The notes under the pieces are model-generated. The model was not told where the DNA came from, did not search any database, and saw nothing but the letters and a program-made list of their open reading frames with translations. Positions 39,262-48,457 of a stretch of DNA of 64,000 bases are shown here, one piece after another. Both the position numbers and the translations under genes were made by a program. The first letter of the stretch is position 1; each line of letters begins with the position of its first letter. The stretch is from Bacteroidales bacterium. GTDB lineage: Bacteria; Bacteroidota; Bacteroidia; Bacteroidales; B39-G9. Where the stretch lies: NCBI GenBank assembly GCA_023133485.1, contig JAGLWK010000071.1, positions 2,181 to 66,180 of the forward strand, given 5' to 3'.

Positions 39262-39909
39262 TTATGTTTTTAAGAATAATTTTATTGATATTATTTGCAA
39301 GTTTTTTACAAGACCTTGTCCGGGTACAATTCTGTTTTTCGATACAAATTCATTCAAATAGGTATTAAAAAAAGATTGATTTTCGCAAAATAATGATTCA
39401 AAATAAAGATTATTACCCAAAACACCCTTAATTATAATTCCACGTGTATTATTATAAATTTGGGATATATATTTGCTTTTTTCACTATTTTCGAGTTCAT
39501 AACCAAAATTAAAAAGAGGGTCTATTGTTAAATAAAAATCAGTAGTATCAATAATTATAAAGTTTTCGTATCTAAGTTTTCTTTTGAACCATGAATAATT
39601 TTTGTAATTAGCATTTCTGTTAATCATTAAAACAGAATCAAAATCTAGAGAAGCAACTGTAGAAATGTATGGCTTGAAAGAAGAATGGAAATTTGCTCCT
39701 AAATCATTAATAGATTTTTCAATGGTTTGGTTAAGATCACGATTGAGCGGCATAATTTCCTGCGCTGTCAAATCTATTAATGATAAAAATAAAATATTAC
39801 AGAAAAGACATAATAACGTCTTGGTATAAATATCTTTTATAAAATAATTAATTGAAGAATCTTTGATGTTAAAAATCTTTTGATTACGATAAATAAATCC
39901 TATCACCAT
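39262..39909 (-). pseudogene. truncated second copy of the Wzi/RemB-like gene (N-terminal third only)
   Basis: 39300-39753 aligns with 37664-38115 at roughly 90% nucleotide identity by eye. The protein matches residues about 33-185 of the full copy, then diverges and stops. Its signal peptide is different. Confidence 0.75.
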
Positions 39910-40894
39910 TGTTTTTTAAGCTTTCTTGTGCCGCCTCAATCATTTTAATTATTCTTGCAGCATGTTCGGTACCTGTTTTAGGAATTACATCACTCTCAAT
40001 GCAATCAATAAAATGATTACATTCAGCATTTAGAGGTTCTATATTATCTAAGCGGGGAATATGAATATCTCCTGTTCTGTAAGTAAGTTGAAATTCCCCA
40101 AAAGTTTCGGGGTCTTTTATTAAATCTATTCCCATATCAAATTGTTTTACTTTTTCAGAGGGATGTGTATCATCATAAACAATCATTCGTTTTTTACCAA
40201 CTATGTACGATTGTCTTAATTTTACAGGAGAAAGCCAGCTTAGATGAATATTTACAAGTTCGCCATCGGGATATTGCATATTTATAAATGCAACATCACA
40301 AACATTTTTATACACAACTGATTTACCAATAACCTGTATCCAAACAGGATTTTTATTTAACCAATATTCTAAAATAGAAAAATCATGAGGTGCAAGATCC
40401 CATATAACATTAAAATCATGTTTTACTTTACCTAAATTAATTCTTGTTAGTTGAATAAATTCTATTGTTCCAATATTACCTTTTTCAATACAGTCTTTAA
40501 TTTTTATTACAGGAGGACTATATAAAAAAGTATGTCCAACCATCAAAATCTTTTTCTTTTTTTCAGCTAATTCAGCTAATTCATTCATTTCTTTATAAGA
40601 GGTAGTTAATGGTTTTTCGACTAAAACATTTTTATCATGTAATAGGGCATTTTTAACTATTTCATAATGCGAAAAAATTGGAGTTGCAATATTAACCGCA
40701 TCAATTGATTTATCTTTTAATATCTCAAGACAATCGTTTGTTATATTTACTTGAGGATAATTTATTTTAGCAAGAGCTAATCTATCTTCTTTTACATCAC
40801 ATATATATTTAAGATTAACACGTTTTATCTGGCTCCAGTTTCGAGCTAAATTCGGACCCCAGTAACCATATCCAATAACTGCAAGATTTGTCAT
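39884..40894 (-). CDS. Gfo/Idh/MocA-family sugar-nucleotide oxidoreductase
   Basis: N-terminal Rossmann stretch VIGYGYWGPNLARN and the EKP motif (VLVEKPL). Confidence 0.75.
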   Translation of the reverse strand: MTNLAVIGYGYWGPNLARNWSQIKRVNLKYICDVKEDRLALAKINYPQVNITNDCLEILKDKSIDAVNIATPIFSHYEIVKNALLHDKNVLVEKPLTTSYKEMNELAELAEKKKKILMVGHTFLYSPPVIKIKDCIEKGNIGTIEFIQLTRINLGKVKHDFNVIWDLAPHDFSILEYWLNKNPVWIQVIGKSVVYKNVCDVAFINMQYPDGELVNIHLSWLSPVKLRQSYIVGKKRMIVYDDTHPSEKVKQFDMGIDLIKDPETFGEFQLTYRTGDIHIPRLDNIEPLNAECNHFIDCIESDVIPKTGTEHAARIIKMIEAAQESLKNNGDRIYLS

Positions 40895-40906
40895 AATGTA
40901 TGTAAT

Positions 40907-41962
40907 TTATTTGCCTAAAGGGCTGTTTCTATATTGATTATGTATATATACTTTTTTACCTGTAACTGCAGATTCGTAAATTGCATTAATGATTTCAATA
41001 GATTTTTGTCCTTCAAAACCTTCAACTAATGCATATTTACCAGCATCAAGAGAGTTAATAACATGTCTTAAATAATTTTCATGACCAAATCCATAAACAT
41101 TAGGGGGATTATCACTAAAATTATTCCTTACCTCATCATCTTCGGGTAGTTGTTCGGTAAAATTCCATATTTTTATTTCATTTACTGCAAATCCTCCAAT
41201 TTCCACAGTTCCTTTTTCACCGAGAATTGAAAGAGAACCTTCGATATCTTTTGGTCTTGTTGCTGTAGTTGCTTCTATAATACCTAAAGCACCATTAGTA
41301 AATTTTAATATTGCTATACCTGTATCTTCAGTTTCTATGTTTACTAATGCGGTACGGGTTTCTGCCATAACACTTTCCACATCACCAAAAAACCATTGTA
41401 ATAAATCAATATGATGACTTGCCTGATTTGAAAAAACTCCACCATCTTGTGCCCATGTTCCGCGCCATTCATCCTGATCATAATAAGCCTGATTTCTTGC
41501 CCATCTTACCCTGACTGTTCCCATGACTAATTTTCCAAATCGTTTTTTATTAAAAGCTTCCCGTGCTTTTAAAACTGCCTGGTTAAAACGATTCTGTTTG
41601 ACAATAAATAGCCTAACACCTTTGTCGTCGGCTGTTTCAATCATTAGTTCAGCATCACGAACTTTAAGAGCCATTGGTTTTTCAACAATAACATGCTTTC
41701 CACAATTCATTACATCAATTGAAATTTCTGGATGAGTTCCTGAAGGAGTAAGAATATCAACAATATCAATATTTTCTTTCCTTAACATTTCTCTATAATC
41801 AAGATAAAAAGGAACTTTTAGCTGCTCAGCATATTTTTTTGCCCTATCCGGTTTTATATCACAGACAGCTACTATTTTAACATTTTTAATATTTTTAAGC
41901 GATTCAACATGTTTGTAACAGATTCTTCCACAGCCTATTATTGCAAAATTATATTTATTCAT
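40907..41962 (-). CDS. Gfo/Idh/MocA-family oxidoreductase (WbpB-like)
   Basis: Has IIGCGRICYKH and VIVEKPMAL. It sits next to an acetyltransferase and an aminotransferase, as in Wbp pathways. Confidence 0.75.
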   Translation of the reverse strand: MNKYNFAIIGCGRICYKHVESLKNIKNVKIVAVCDIKPDRAKKYAEQLKVPFYLDYREMLRKENIDIVDILTPSGTHPEISIDVMNCGKHVIVEKPMALKVRDAELMIETADDKGVRLFIVKQNRFNQAVLKAREAFNKKRFGKLVMGTVRVRWARNQAYYDQDEWRGTWAQDGGVFSNQASHHIDLLQWFFGDVESVMAETRTALVNIETEDTGIAILKFTNGALGIIEATTATRPKDIEGSLSILGEKGTVEIGGFAVNEIKIWNFTEQLPEDDEVRNNFSDNPPNVYGFGHENYLRHVINSLDAGKYALVEGFEGQKSIEIINAIYESAVTGKKVYIHNQYRNSPLGK

Positions 41963-41974
41963 AATTATAATATT

Positions 41975-42436
41975 CTATATTTTCCTAATTATTTTAGCAG
42001 GGTTTCCTGCAACGATTGTGTTTTCAGGTACATCTTTGGTAACTACTGAACCAGCACCAATCATTGCGTTTTCACCAACTGTTATACCACAAAGAATTGT
42101 TGCATTTGAACCAATTGATGCTCTTTTTTTAATATAAGTTTGAATACAAGTCCAATCTTTTTCATTCTGTAAAGTTCCATCAATATTTGTAGAACGGGGG
42201 CTTTTATCATTAATAAACATAACACCATGACCAATAAAACAATTATCTTCAATATGAACACCTTCACAGATAAAAGAATGAGAGGATATTTTACAATTTT
42301 TACCAATTATAGCACCCTTTTGAATTTCAACAAATGTTCCGATTTTAGTATTATCATCAATTTTACAATCGTATAAATTAACAAAATCATAAATTTTTAC
42401 ATCTTTGCCAAGTTTAACATTATTAATATTTTTCAT
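41975..42436 (-). CDS. hexapeptide-repeat sugar N-acetyltransferase (WbpD-like role)
   Basis: Left-handed beta-helix repeats throughout, in a protein of 153 aa. Confidence 0.7.
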   Translation of the reverse strand: MKNINNVKLGKDVKIYDFVNLYDCKIDDNTKIGTFVEIQKGAIIGKNCKISSHSFICEGVHIEDNCFIGHGVMFINDKSPRSTNIDGTLQNEKDWTCIQTYIKKRASIGSNATILCGITVGENAMIGAGSVVTKDVPENTIVAGNPAKIIRKI

Positions 42437-42493
42437 GTTCGTTTCATAATTGTTATTATTTTCTAATCAAAACATTAAAAATAATTATTCTAT

Positions 42494-43615
42494 TTAATTA
42501 TTTGAGAAATATTGTTTAATAATTTTTGAAATATATTTTACTTGTTCTTTTGTAATTTCAGGAAACATGGGTAATGAAACATTTTTTTCAACTATTGCTT
42601 CGGTTAAAGGAAATTCTCCTTTTTTATATCCAAGGTGTTTAAAAGCTGCTTGTAAATGAACAGGTAATTTATAATGCAGTGCTGTTCCTATTCCATTATC
42701 TGCAAGAAATTTTTGAAATTTTTCTCTTTTATTAACAAGTATAACAAATAAATGATATACAGGATAAGCCCACACAGGATGAAAAGGAAGTTGAATTTCA
42801 TCAATGTCTTTTAAATATTCATAATACCAATTTGCAATCTTTTTTCTTTTTTCATTCCAATTGTTAATGTGTTTCAGCTTAATATTAAGTATAGCAGCCT
42901 GAAAAGCATCAATCCTGTTATTTTTACCGACAAATTCATGTATATATTTTTCTTTTGAACCATGATCTCTGAATGCGGCTATATATTCTGCATATTTTTG
43001 ATTATCTGTAACAATAGCTCCTGCTTCGCCACATGCTCCTAGATTTTTTCCTGCATAAAAACTAAATGTGGATAAATCAGAAAATTCACTTGTTGACTTC
43101 CATTGTTCATTTTCAAGTATTTTTGATCCTATTGATTGAGCCGCATCATTTATAACAACAAGATTATATTTTTTAGCAATTTTCTGTATATTAATCATAT
43201 CTGATGGTTGACCATACAAATTTACAGGTATAATGGCTTTTGTTTTTTCTGTTATATTTTCTTCTATTTTTAAAACATCTATGTTCCATGTTTTATTATC
43301 AACTTCAACAAATACTGGTTTTGCTCCTACAAAATGGATTCCTGCTACAGTAGCAATAAAAGTATTTGAAACTGTAATTATTTCGTCTCCACGTTTTATT
43401 CCGACAGCCCTAAGACAAAGTTCAATTGCTGATGTGCCATTATCAACGGCAATAGTGTATTTTATTTTATTAAAATCAGCAAAATTTTGCTCGAATTCTT
43501 TTCCTGTTTTACCATAAGCAAATTCCGTTCTGTCATAAAGTTCATTAAGTTTTGCAAATACTTCTTTTTTTATTTTTTCGTGCTGAGGTTTAAGATTTAA
43601 AAAAGGTATGTTCAT
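42494..43615 (-). CDS. DegT/DnrJ/EryC1-family PLP-dependent sugar aminotransferase (WbpE/PorR-like)
   Basis: 373 aa with NGTSAIEL, a DAAQSIG stretch and the FSFYAGKNLG lysine motif. Confidence 0.85.
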   Translation of the reverse strand: MNIPFLNLKPQHEKIKKEVFAKLNELYDRTEFAYGKTGKEFEQNFADFNKIKYTIAVDNGTSAIELCLRAVGIKRGDEIITVSNTFIATVAGIHFVGAKPVFVEVDNKTWNIDVLKIEENITEKTKAIIPVNLYGQPSDMINIQKIAKKYNLVVINDAAQSIGSKILENEQWKSTSEFSDLSTFSFYAGKNLGACGEAGAIVTDNQKYAEYIAAFRDHGSKEKYIHEFVGKNNRIDAFQAAILNIKLKHINNWNEKRKKIANWYYEYLKDIDEIQLPFHPVWAYPVYHLFVILVNKREKFQKFLADNGIGTALHYKLPVHLQAAFKHLGYKKGEFPLTEAIVEKNVSLPMFPEITKEQVKYISKIIKQYFSNN

Positions 43616-43709
43616 TTATGATTTAGTTATAAGTAATGAATAATGTGTTATGTGCGATGTGTGATGTGTGAGAAGTAAAATTGTTTTTTTTGTATTACAT
43701 TTTAAAAAG

Positions 43710-45128
43710 TTAAAATCCTCCCTTGCCTAAAATTACTACAGGAATAGTTTTAATTATCAATTTAAAATCGAGCCATGGCGACATGTTGTGAATATAATAA
43801 TAATCCATAATAACCATTTCGTCAAAGCTAACAGTACTGCGACCAGATACTTGCCAAACTCCTGTTAAGCCTGGTTTTATCATAAAACGGGATTTATGCC
43901 ATTCTTTATATTCTTTATACTCATATGGTAAACAAGGCCTTGGTCCTACCATGCTCATATTTCCCTTAATTACATTAAATAATTGGGGCAATTCATCAAT
44001 GCTTGTTTTTCGTATAAAATACCCTATTGGTGTGATTCTTGAATCTTTGGTAATTTTAGTTGTACCGTTTTCGATTTTTCCATTAATAAATTCTTTTGTA
44101 AATGTTTTGTGTGTTTTATTATCTTTATTAATATACATTGAACGAAACTTGTAAAATGCAAAAAACTTTCCATTTTTACCAATTCTTTGTTGTTTGAAAA
44201 ATACAGGTCCTTTTGAAGTAATTTTTATAAAAATACTTATTATAATAAATAATGGTAACAGAATAACAATTCCTACAGATGCAAGAACCAAATCAGTTAT
44301 TTTTTTAATAAAATTAAGATAAAAACTTTTTGAATTATAGTTTAATTCTATTAATGTTAAATCATCAACAGATTCAAGAGTTTGTGTCTGATATAATATT
44401 TCATAAAGTCCCGAAACAAGGAATATTCTTACATCAAGTATTTTTAGAGAATTAATTATTTCCTGTAATCGTTTATGAGAGATTGTGTTAATTGCAATAA
44501 TTACAGTATCAACCTGCCTTAATTTCCTTAGATTTATAAGAGTGTTATAATCACCAAATATATCATTTTTTTCGTTTTTCTCTTTATTATCATCAATAAA
44601 CCCTATGAATTTCCATTGATTACTTTTTTCAACTTTTTCCCTAACTTGATTTCCTCTATTGCCTGCACCGTATATAATCAATTTTCTTTGTAGATAACCG
44701 ATTTTTTGAAACCATAGAAAAAAACTTTTAAATAATAATACCCTATAAACAAAGAATATAACAAATGAAATAATAAGAAAATAAATTATAAATAATCGAC
44801 TTTCATACCTGCTTCCTAATTTGAAAAAAAATGAAAAAAACACAACAATTAAAAGAATATCAATAAAAATGCTTTTGAATAATTTAACCAAATGTATCTT
44901 CCTGTTTGTAAAGGTTTGGTATTTATACATTTGATTTGTTTCAAAGCTGTAAACCGCTAAGAAACTGACAAAGGCAAAAATGATTATTTCTTTGATTATT
45001 ATTCCTTCGCTCAGATTAATAATGTCAATATCAGGTTTGAATCTAATGCGCATTGCCAGAGCAAAACAAAAATTCAAGATTGTATAATCAATTAAAGCAA
45101 GTATCCATTTGTAGCCAGCTAATTTCAT
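43710..45128 (-). CDS. polyprenyl-phosphate glycosyl-1-phosphate transferase (WbaP-like initiating enzyme)
   Basis: Has N-terminal TM helices and a central Rossmann-like region. The C-terminal 'bacterial sugar transferase' domain carries GPVFFKQQRIGKNG, FRSM, DELPQLFNV and MSMVGPRP. Confidence 0.85.
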   Translation of the reverse strand: MKLAGYKWILALIDYTILNFCFALAMRIRFKPDIDIINLSEGIIIKEIIIFAFVSFLAVYSFETNQMYKYQTFTNRKIHLVKLFKSIFIDILLIVVFFSFFFKLGSRYESRLFIIYFLIISFVIFFVYRVLLFKSFFLWFQKIGYLQRKLIIYGAGNRGNQVREKVEKSNQWKFIGFIDDNKEKNEKNDIFGDYNTLINLRKLRQVDTVIIAINTISHKRLQEIINSLKILDVRIFLVSGLYEILYQTQTLESVDDLTLIELNYNSKSFYLNFIKKITDLVLASVGIVILLPLFIIISIFIKITSKGPVFFKQQRIGKNGKFFAFYKFRSMYINKDNKTHKTFTKEFINGKIENGTTKITKDSRITPIGYFIRKTSIDELPQLFNVIKGNMSMVGPRPCLPYEYKEYKEWHKSRFMIKPGLTGVWQVSGRSTVSFDEMVIMDYYYIHNMSPWLDFKLIIKTIPVVILGKGGF

Positions 45129-45248
45129 TATTTTATTTTTCTTAAATTTACAACATTATCGACAAAAATGTATAAGTTTATTAATATGTTCACCATTAAA
45201 ATCAAGCTGTTAATCAAAAAACATATTAAATTTTATCTTTTCCCTTAA

Positions 45249-45410
45249 CCCGATTAATTCATAAACTTAAAAGATAGAATCCTGAATTAATCTGACGACT
45301 AAGAAAAGCTAATATTTTGCTGCGCTTCGCTTCCAAAACTTAAGCTTTACTAAGTCGGGGTTAACCTGAATTATATAAGCACTTTATCATAAACGTATGA
45401 ATAATTCAGG
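45249..45410 (-). mobile_element. MITE copy B (162 bp, non-coding)
   Basis: Has the same termini as copy A and a 4-bp duplication TTAA (45245-48 and 45411-14). It supplies the stop codon of the upstream deacetylase ORF. Confidence 0.7.
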
Positions 45411-46374
45411 TTAAAATATTTTTTTTATAATATTCCGCTATTTCTTTTGGTAAACATTTCCAAGTGTTTTTTATTTCAGATAAATAAGTAAGTAATTCTT
45501 CATAATATTTCAGATTATCTTTTTCCAATAAATAATCGGGATGAGTTAAAGCAAGAATAGTTCCATGATTTTTTATTAACCAATCTGTTTTATTTTTCCA
45601 AATATTGATATTTTTTAATTTCAAGGTATAAAACAATACATGGTCTTGCGGTAATGTATAAGGTAATTCAATAAATTTTCCTGATTTAAAAGGCCATATT
45701 GAGCCGGTACCACCCGGGAAAGGCTGAAACGGGTCATAATCGAAACATGATGCATCATACAGAATATCAAGTTGTTGTAACCATTTTAAGTTTCTGTGTA
45801 CTTGTGGTGACCTAAATCCAACAGCATTATATTTTTTTATTGCTTCATTAATATACGGAACACGGGCTTTAAAAATTTTCTCAGAAAAATAAAGTTTCCC
45901 GTCATGGTTATAACCGTGAATACCTATTTCGTGTCCGGCATTTTTTATTTCAGTTAAAATATCTTCATGAATTTTATACTTATATGGTACAATATTCCAT
46001 GAAGATTTAAATTGGTGTTTTTTTTCTAATTCTATAATTTTGGGAATAAAATCAAAACCTTTTTGTGTTTCAACATCATGAGTGAGAACAATAGCTGCTG
46101 AATAATTATCAGGATAAAGCGAATTAATAAATTTATTCCATTCTTCGGAGTTTTGTTTTAAAAAATCAACTAATTCTACCCAAATAAAATTTTTATTATA
46201 TTGAATGTTTTTAGTATAACGGTTTTGAAGATAATGTCTTACAAATAATGGCAATAAAGGACGTGCAAATGAATAATAAAAACGTTTGAATTTATTAAAT
46301 TCAAGATTAAAATCAGATTCTATTAAAAAATGTTTTATTTTATTTTCTGTAAAATATTTTAGCCTAACATCCAT
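45406..46374 (-). CDS. polysaccharide deacetylase (CE4-like; VimE-like role), with a C-terminus altered by the MITE
   Basis: Has the THDVET and IHGYNHDG motifs. The last codons ACC-TGA lie inside the MITE. Confidence 0.7.
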   Translation of the reverse strand: MDVRLKYFTENKIKHFLIESDFNLEFNKFKRFYYSFARPLLPLFVRHYLQNRYTKNIQYNKNFIWVELVDFLKQNSEEWNKFINSLYPDNYSAAIVLTHDVETQKGFDFIPKIIELEKKHQFKSSWNIVPYKYKIHEDILTEIKNAGHEIGIHGYNHDGKLYFSEKIFKARVPYINEAIKKYNAVGFRSPQVHRNLKWLQQLDILYDASCFDYDPFQPFPGGTGSIWPFKSGKFIELPYTLPQDHVLFYTLKLKNINIWKNKTDWLIKNHGTILALTHPDYLLEKDNLKYYEELLTYLSEIKNTWKCLPKEIAEYYKKNILT

Positions 46375-46380
46375 GTTTTA

Positions 46381-47415
46381 TTATACTGAGTATTTATAGA
46401 AAATTTCGCCTAACATTCTACATATTATTGGAGGGCCTTTTTTAATTAATGGTTTAATAATAAAATTTTCAAGTTTTTCAAGCAAACCATTTTCCTGATT
46501 TTCAGGATAAAAATTATAAATTAGTTCATTTTCCTTAGCACCCCACGCAGATTTGAAATTCCTTAATCCCTTATTATCTATGCTGCTTCTTCCAAAATCG
46601 AAATAAATAAAACCTCTTTTTTTTGCTTCTTGAATTCCCGTCCAAAGCATTAAATTATTTGGACGTAATTTCAAATACTCAGGATTTGATGCACTATACT
46701 TGTATGTAAAATATTTTCCAAAACCAATGAATATCCCCGCACTTATTACTAAATTGTCTTTTTTAACTAGTACTGTAAAACCTATTTTTTTTTGAATTAG
46801 TTCATTATAAAAATGAGTAAAATATTTTTTTGGCTGAATAGGAACTCCTAATTTTTTTCTGGTTTTTAGGTGTAATTTGTAAAATTCTTTTATTCCTGTA
46901 ATATTATTATTTATTTCAGCTGTTAAATCTTTTCTGATTGCTTGTTTTATTGGCTGTTGAACTTGAGTTAACTTAAAACTTTTAAAAATTTCATTTATTG
47001 AATTTTCTATATTTTTTATGTGAATTACATGCATATTACTCTGAAAAAAAAACGAGTTATCCGGTAAAAATGATCTAATTTCAATAGAAGATATTTCTTT
47101 TTTACTTATTTTTTGTTTCAGAAAATCAATAATTTCTAATAATGCTTTTTCGTCTTTAAATAATGGAGGGCAAAAATCAGAAAAAGGTAGAGAAACCCAT
47201 TTTTTTTTGCATAAAAAGTTTTTTATTTCGCAAAAAGGAATACCTGCAATTATTTTGTTTTTTTCGTTAAAACAACAAATAATAAAAACTTTAAATTTGT
47301 ATTGCTTATATAATACTTGTAACCAATCCGGATGATGAAATATTACTGTTTTATTATTATTTTCAATAAAATCCAGCCATCTTTTATCAGTTATAGGATT
47401 GATCAATTGTATCAT
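46381..47415 (-). CDS. FemAB-family / GNAT-like acyl(aminoacyl)transferase (VimA-like)
   Basis: 344 aa. The C-terminal LRPNNLMLWTGIQEAKKRGFIYFDFGRS...GLRNFKSAWGA stretch is typical of FemAB-like (Acetyltransf_6) proteins. Confidence 0.6.
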   Translation of the reverse strand: MIQLINPITDKRWLDFIENNNKTVIFHHPDWLQVLYKQYKFKVFIICCFNEKNKIIAGIPFCEIKNFLCKKKWVSLPFSDFCPPLFKDEKALLEIIDFLKQKISKKEISSIEIRSFLPDNSFFFQSNMHVIHIKNIENSINEIFKSFKLTQVQQPIKQAIRKDLTAEINNNITGIKEFYKLHLKTRKKLGVPIQPKKYFTHFYNELIQKKIGFTVLVKKDNLVISAGIFIGFGKYFTYKYSASNPEYLKLRPNNLMLWTGIQEAKKRGFIYFDFGRSSIDNKGLRNFKSAWGAKENELIYNFYPENQENGLLEKLENFIIKPLIKKGPPIICRMLGEIFYKYSV

Positions 47416-47416
47416 T

Positions 47417-48457
47417 TTAACTTAATTTTTCCCTGAAAAAATCGACAATAAAATTAAATGCATTTTTTGAAGTTTCCGGCACTTTATTTATATCTTTTTT
47501 ATGAAAAGTAATTTCATCAATTTGTTCTTTTTGCTTTAATATAAAAAGTTCCCCTTTTCCAGAAAGATAATAATCAACAGCACCCAATTTTCCTCCAAAA
47601 AATGAAAAAGATGGTGTTTTCAAAACACAAGCTTCACGAGCCATTGTACCACCACCACTAAATACATAATCACATTTATGAATAAAAGCCAAACCATTTA
47701 CCGCCTTTTCAGGAATATAGTAGTTTATCCCAAATATTTTTAGTTTTTTTTCAATAATAATACTTTGTTTTTTATTCCTTGGAAAAATAAATAATTTTAT
47801 ATCTGGTGTTTGTGAGAATTTTTGTAGTAAATATTCCTGCAAAATTTCACTATTTCTGCTTGCATAATGAGATGAAGAACTTTGTGGACGAAAAATTATG
47901 TTTGTCGTGTTATCATCAAAATCCATGTTGCTTGAGAGAAAATTATCTTTATTCCAAACATACAATTCTTCTTTTATTCCCGGATAGTTAATTACTTTTT
48001 TTCTGAACCGACCCCATGAATCAGGCAATATTGGATATGGTGTCAAAATGTTTTTTACGAAAAAATTAAATCCTCTAAATGAATATTCATAATCATCAAG
48101 GCTATAGGCAGGAATTCTCATTAGATAAGCTGCGAATGCCTGTGAACGTGAACCATGAGAAATAGCAATATCGGGTTGAATTTTATTATTCTTCAAAAAC
48201 TTTCTTAAGAGAAAAGATCGCTTAATTGTATTAATTACTTTTCCAAAGGTCGATGTTGTATGATTTTTCAAACTAATATTTACATGGTCTAAATGTATCA
48301 AATTACATAGTTCAATTGTTGATGAAAAATCTCTTGCTGTAATAATAATTTTATATTGTTCATCTTTAAAGAAATTTATTATTTCTTTTAAAATCCAAAC
48401 ATGGGGAGCATTCTCCAAATCAAACCAAATCGTCTTATTTTTAAAAAAATCAGGCAT
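47417..48457 (-). CDS. DUF354-family protein (GT-B/epimerase-like fold)
   Basis: The N-terminal IWFDLENAPHVWILKEII...IITARDF stretch matches my recollection of the DUF354 signature. Confidence 0.55.
   Translation of the reverse strand: MPDFFKNKTIWFDLENAPHVWILKEIINFFKDEQYKIIITARDFSSTIELCNLIHLDHVNISLKNHTTSTFGKVINTIKRSFLLRKFLKNNKIQPDIAISHGSRSQAFAAYLMRIPAYSLDDYEYSFRGFNFFVKNILTPYPILPDSWGRFRKKVINYPGIKEELYVWNKDNFLSSNMDFDDNTTNIIFRPQSSSSHYASRNSEILQEYLLQKFSQTPDIKLFIFPRNKKQSIIIEKKLKIFGINYYIPEKAVNGLAFIHKCDYVFSGGGTMAREACVLKTPSFSFFGGKLGAVDYYLSGKGELFILKQKEQIDEITFHKKDINKVPETSKNAFNFIVDFFREKLS

Noticed and set aside
43636-43670. A TG-rich microsatellite-like stretch (gtgttatgtgcgatgtgtgatgtgtgag) between the aminotransferase and the sugar transferase.
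   Set aside because: It is short and imperfect, with no regular unit count. It could be a weak slippage tract, but nothing shows variability or function.
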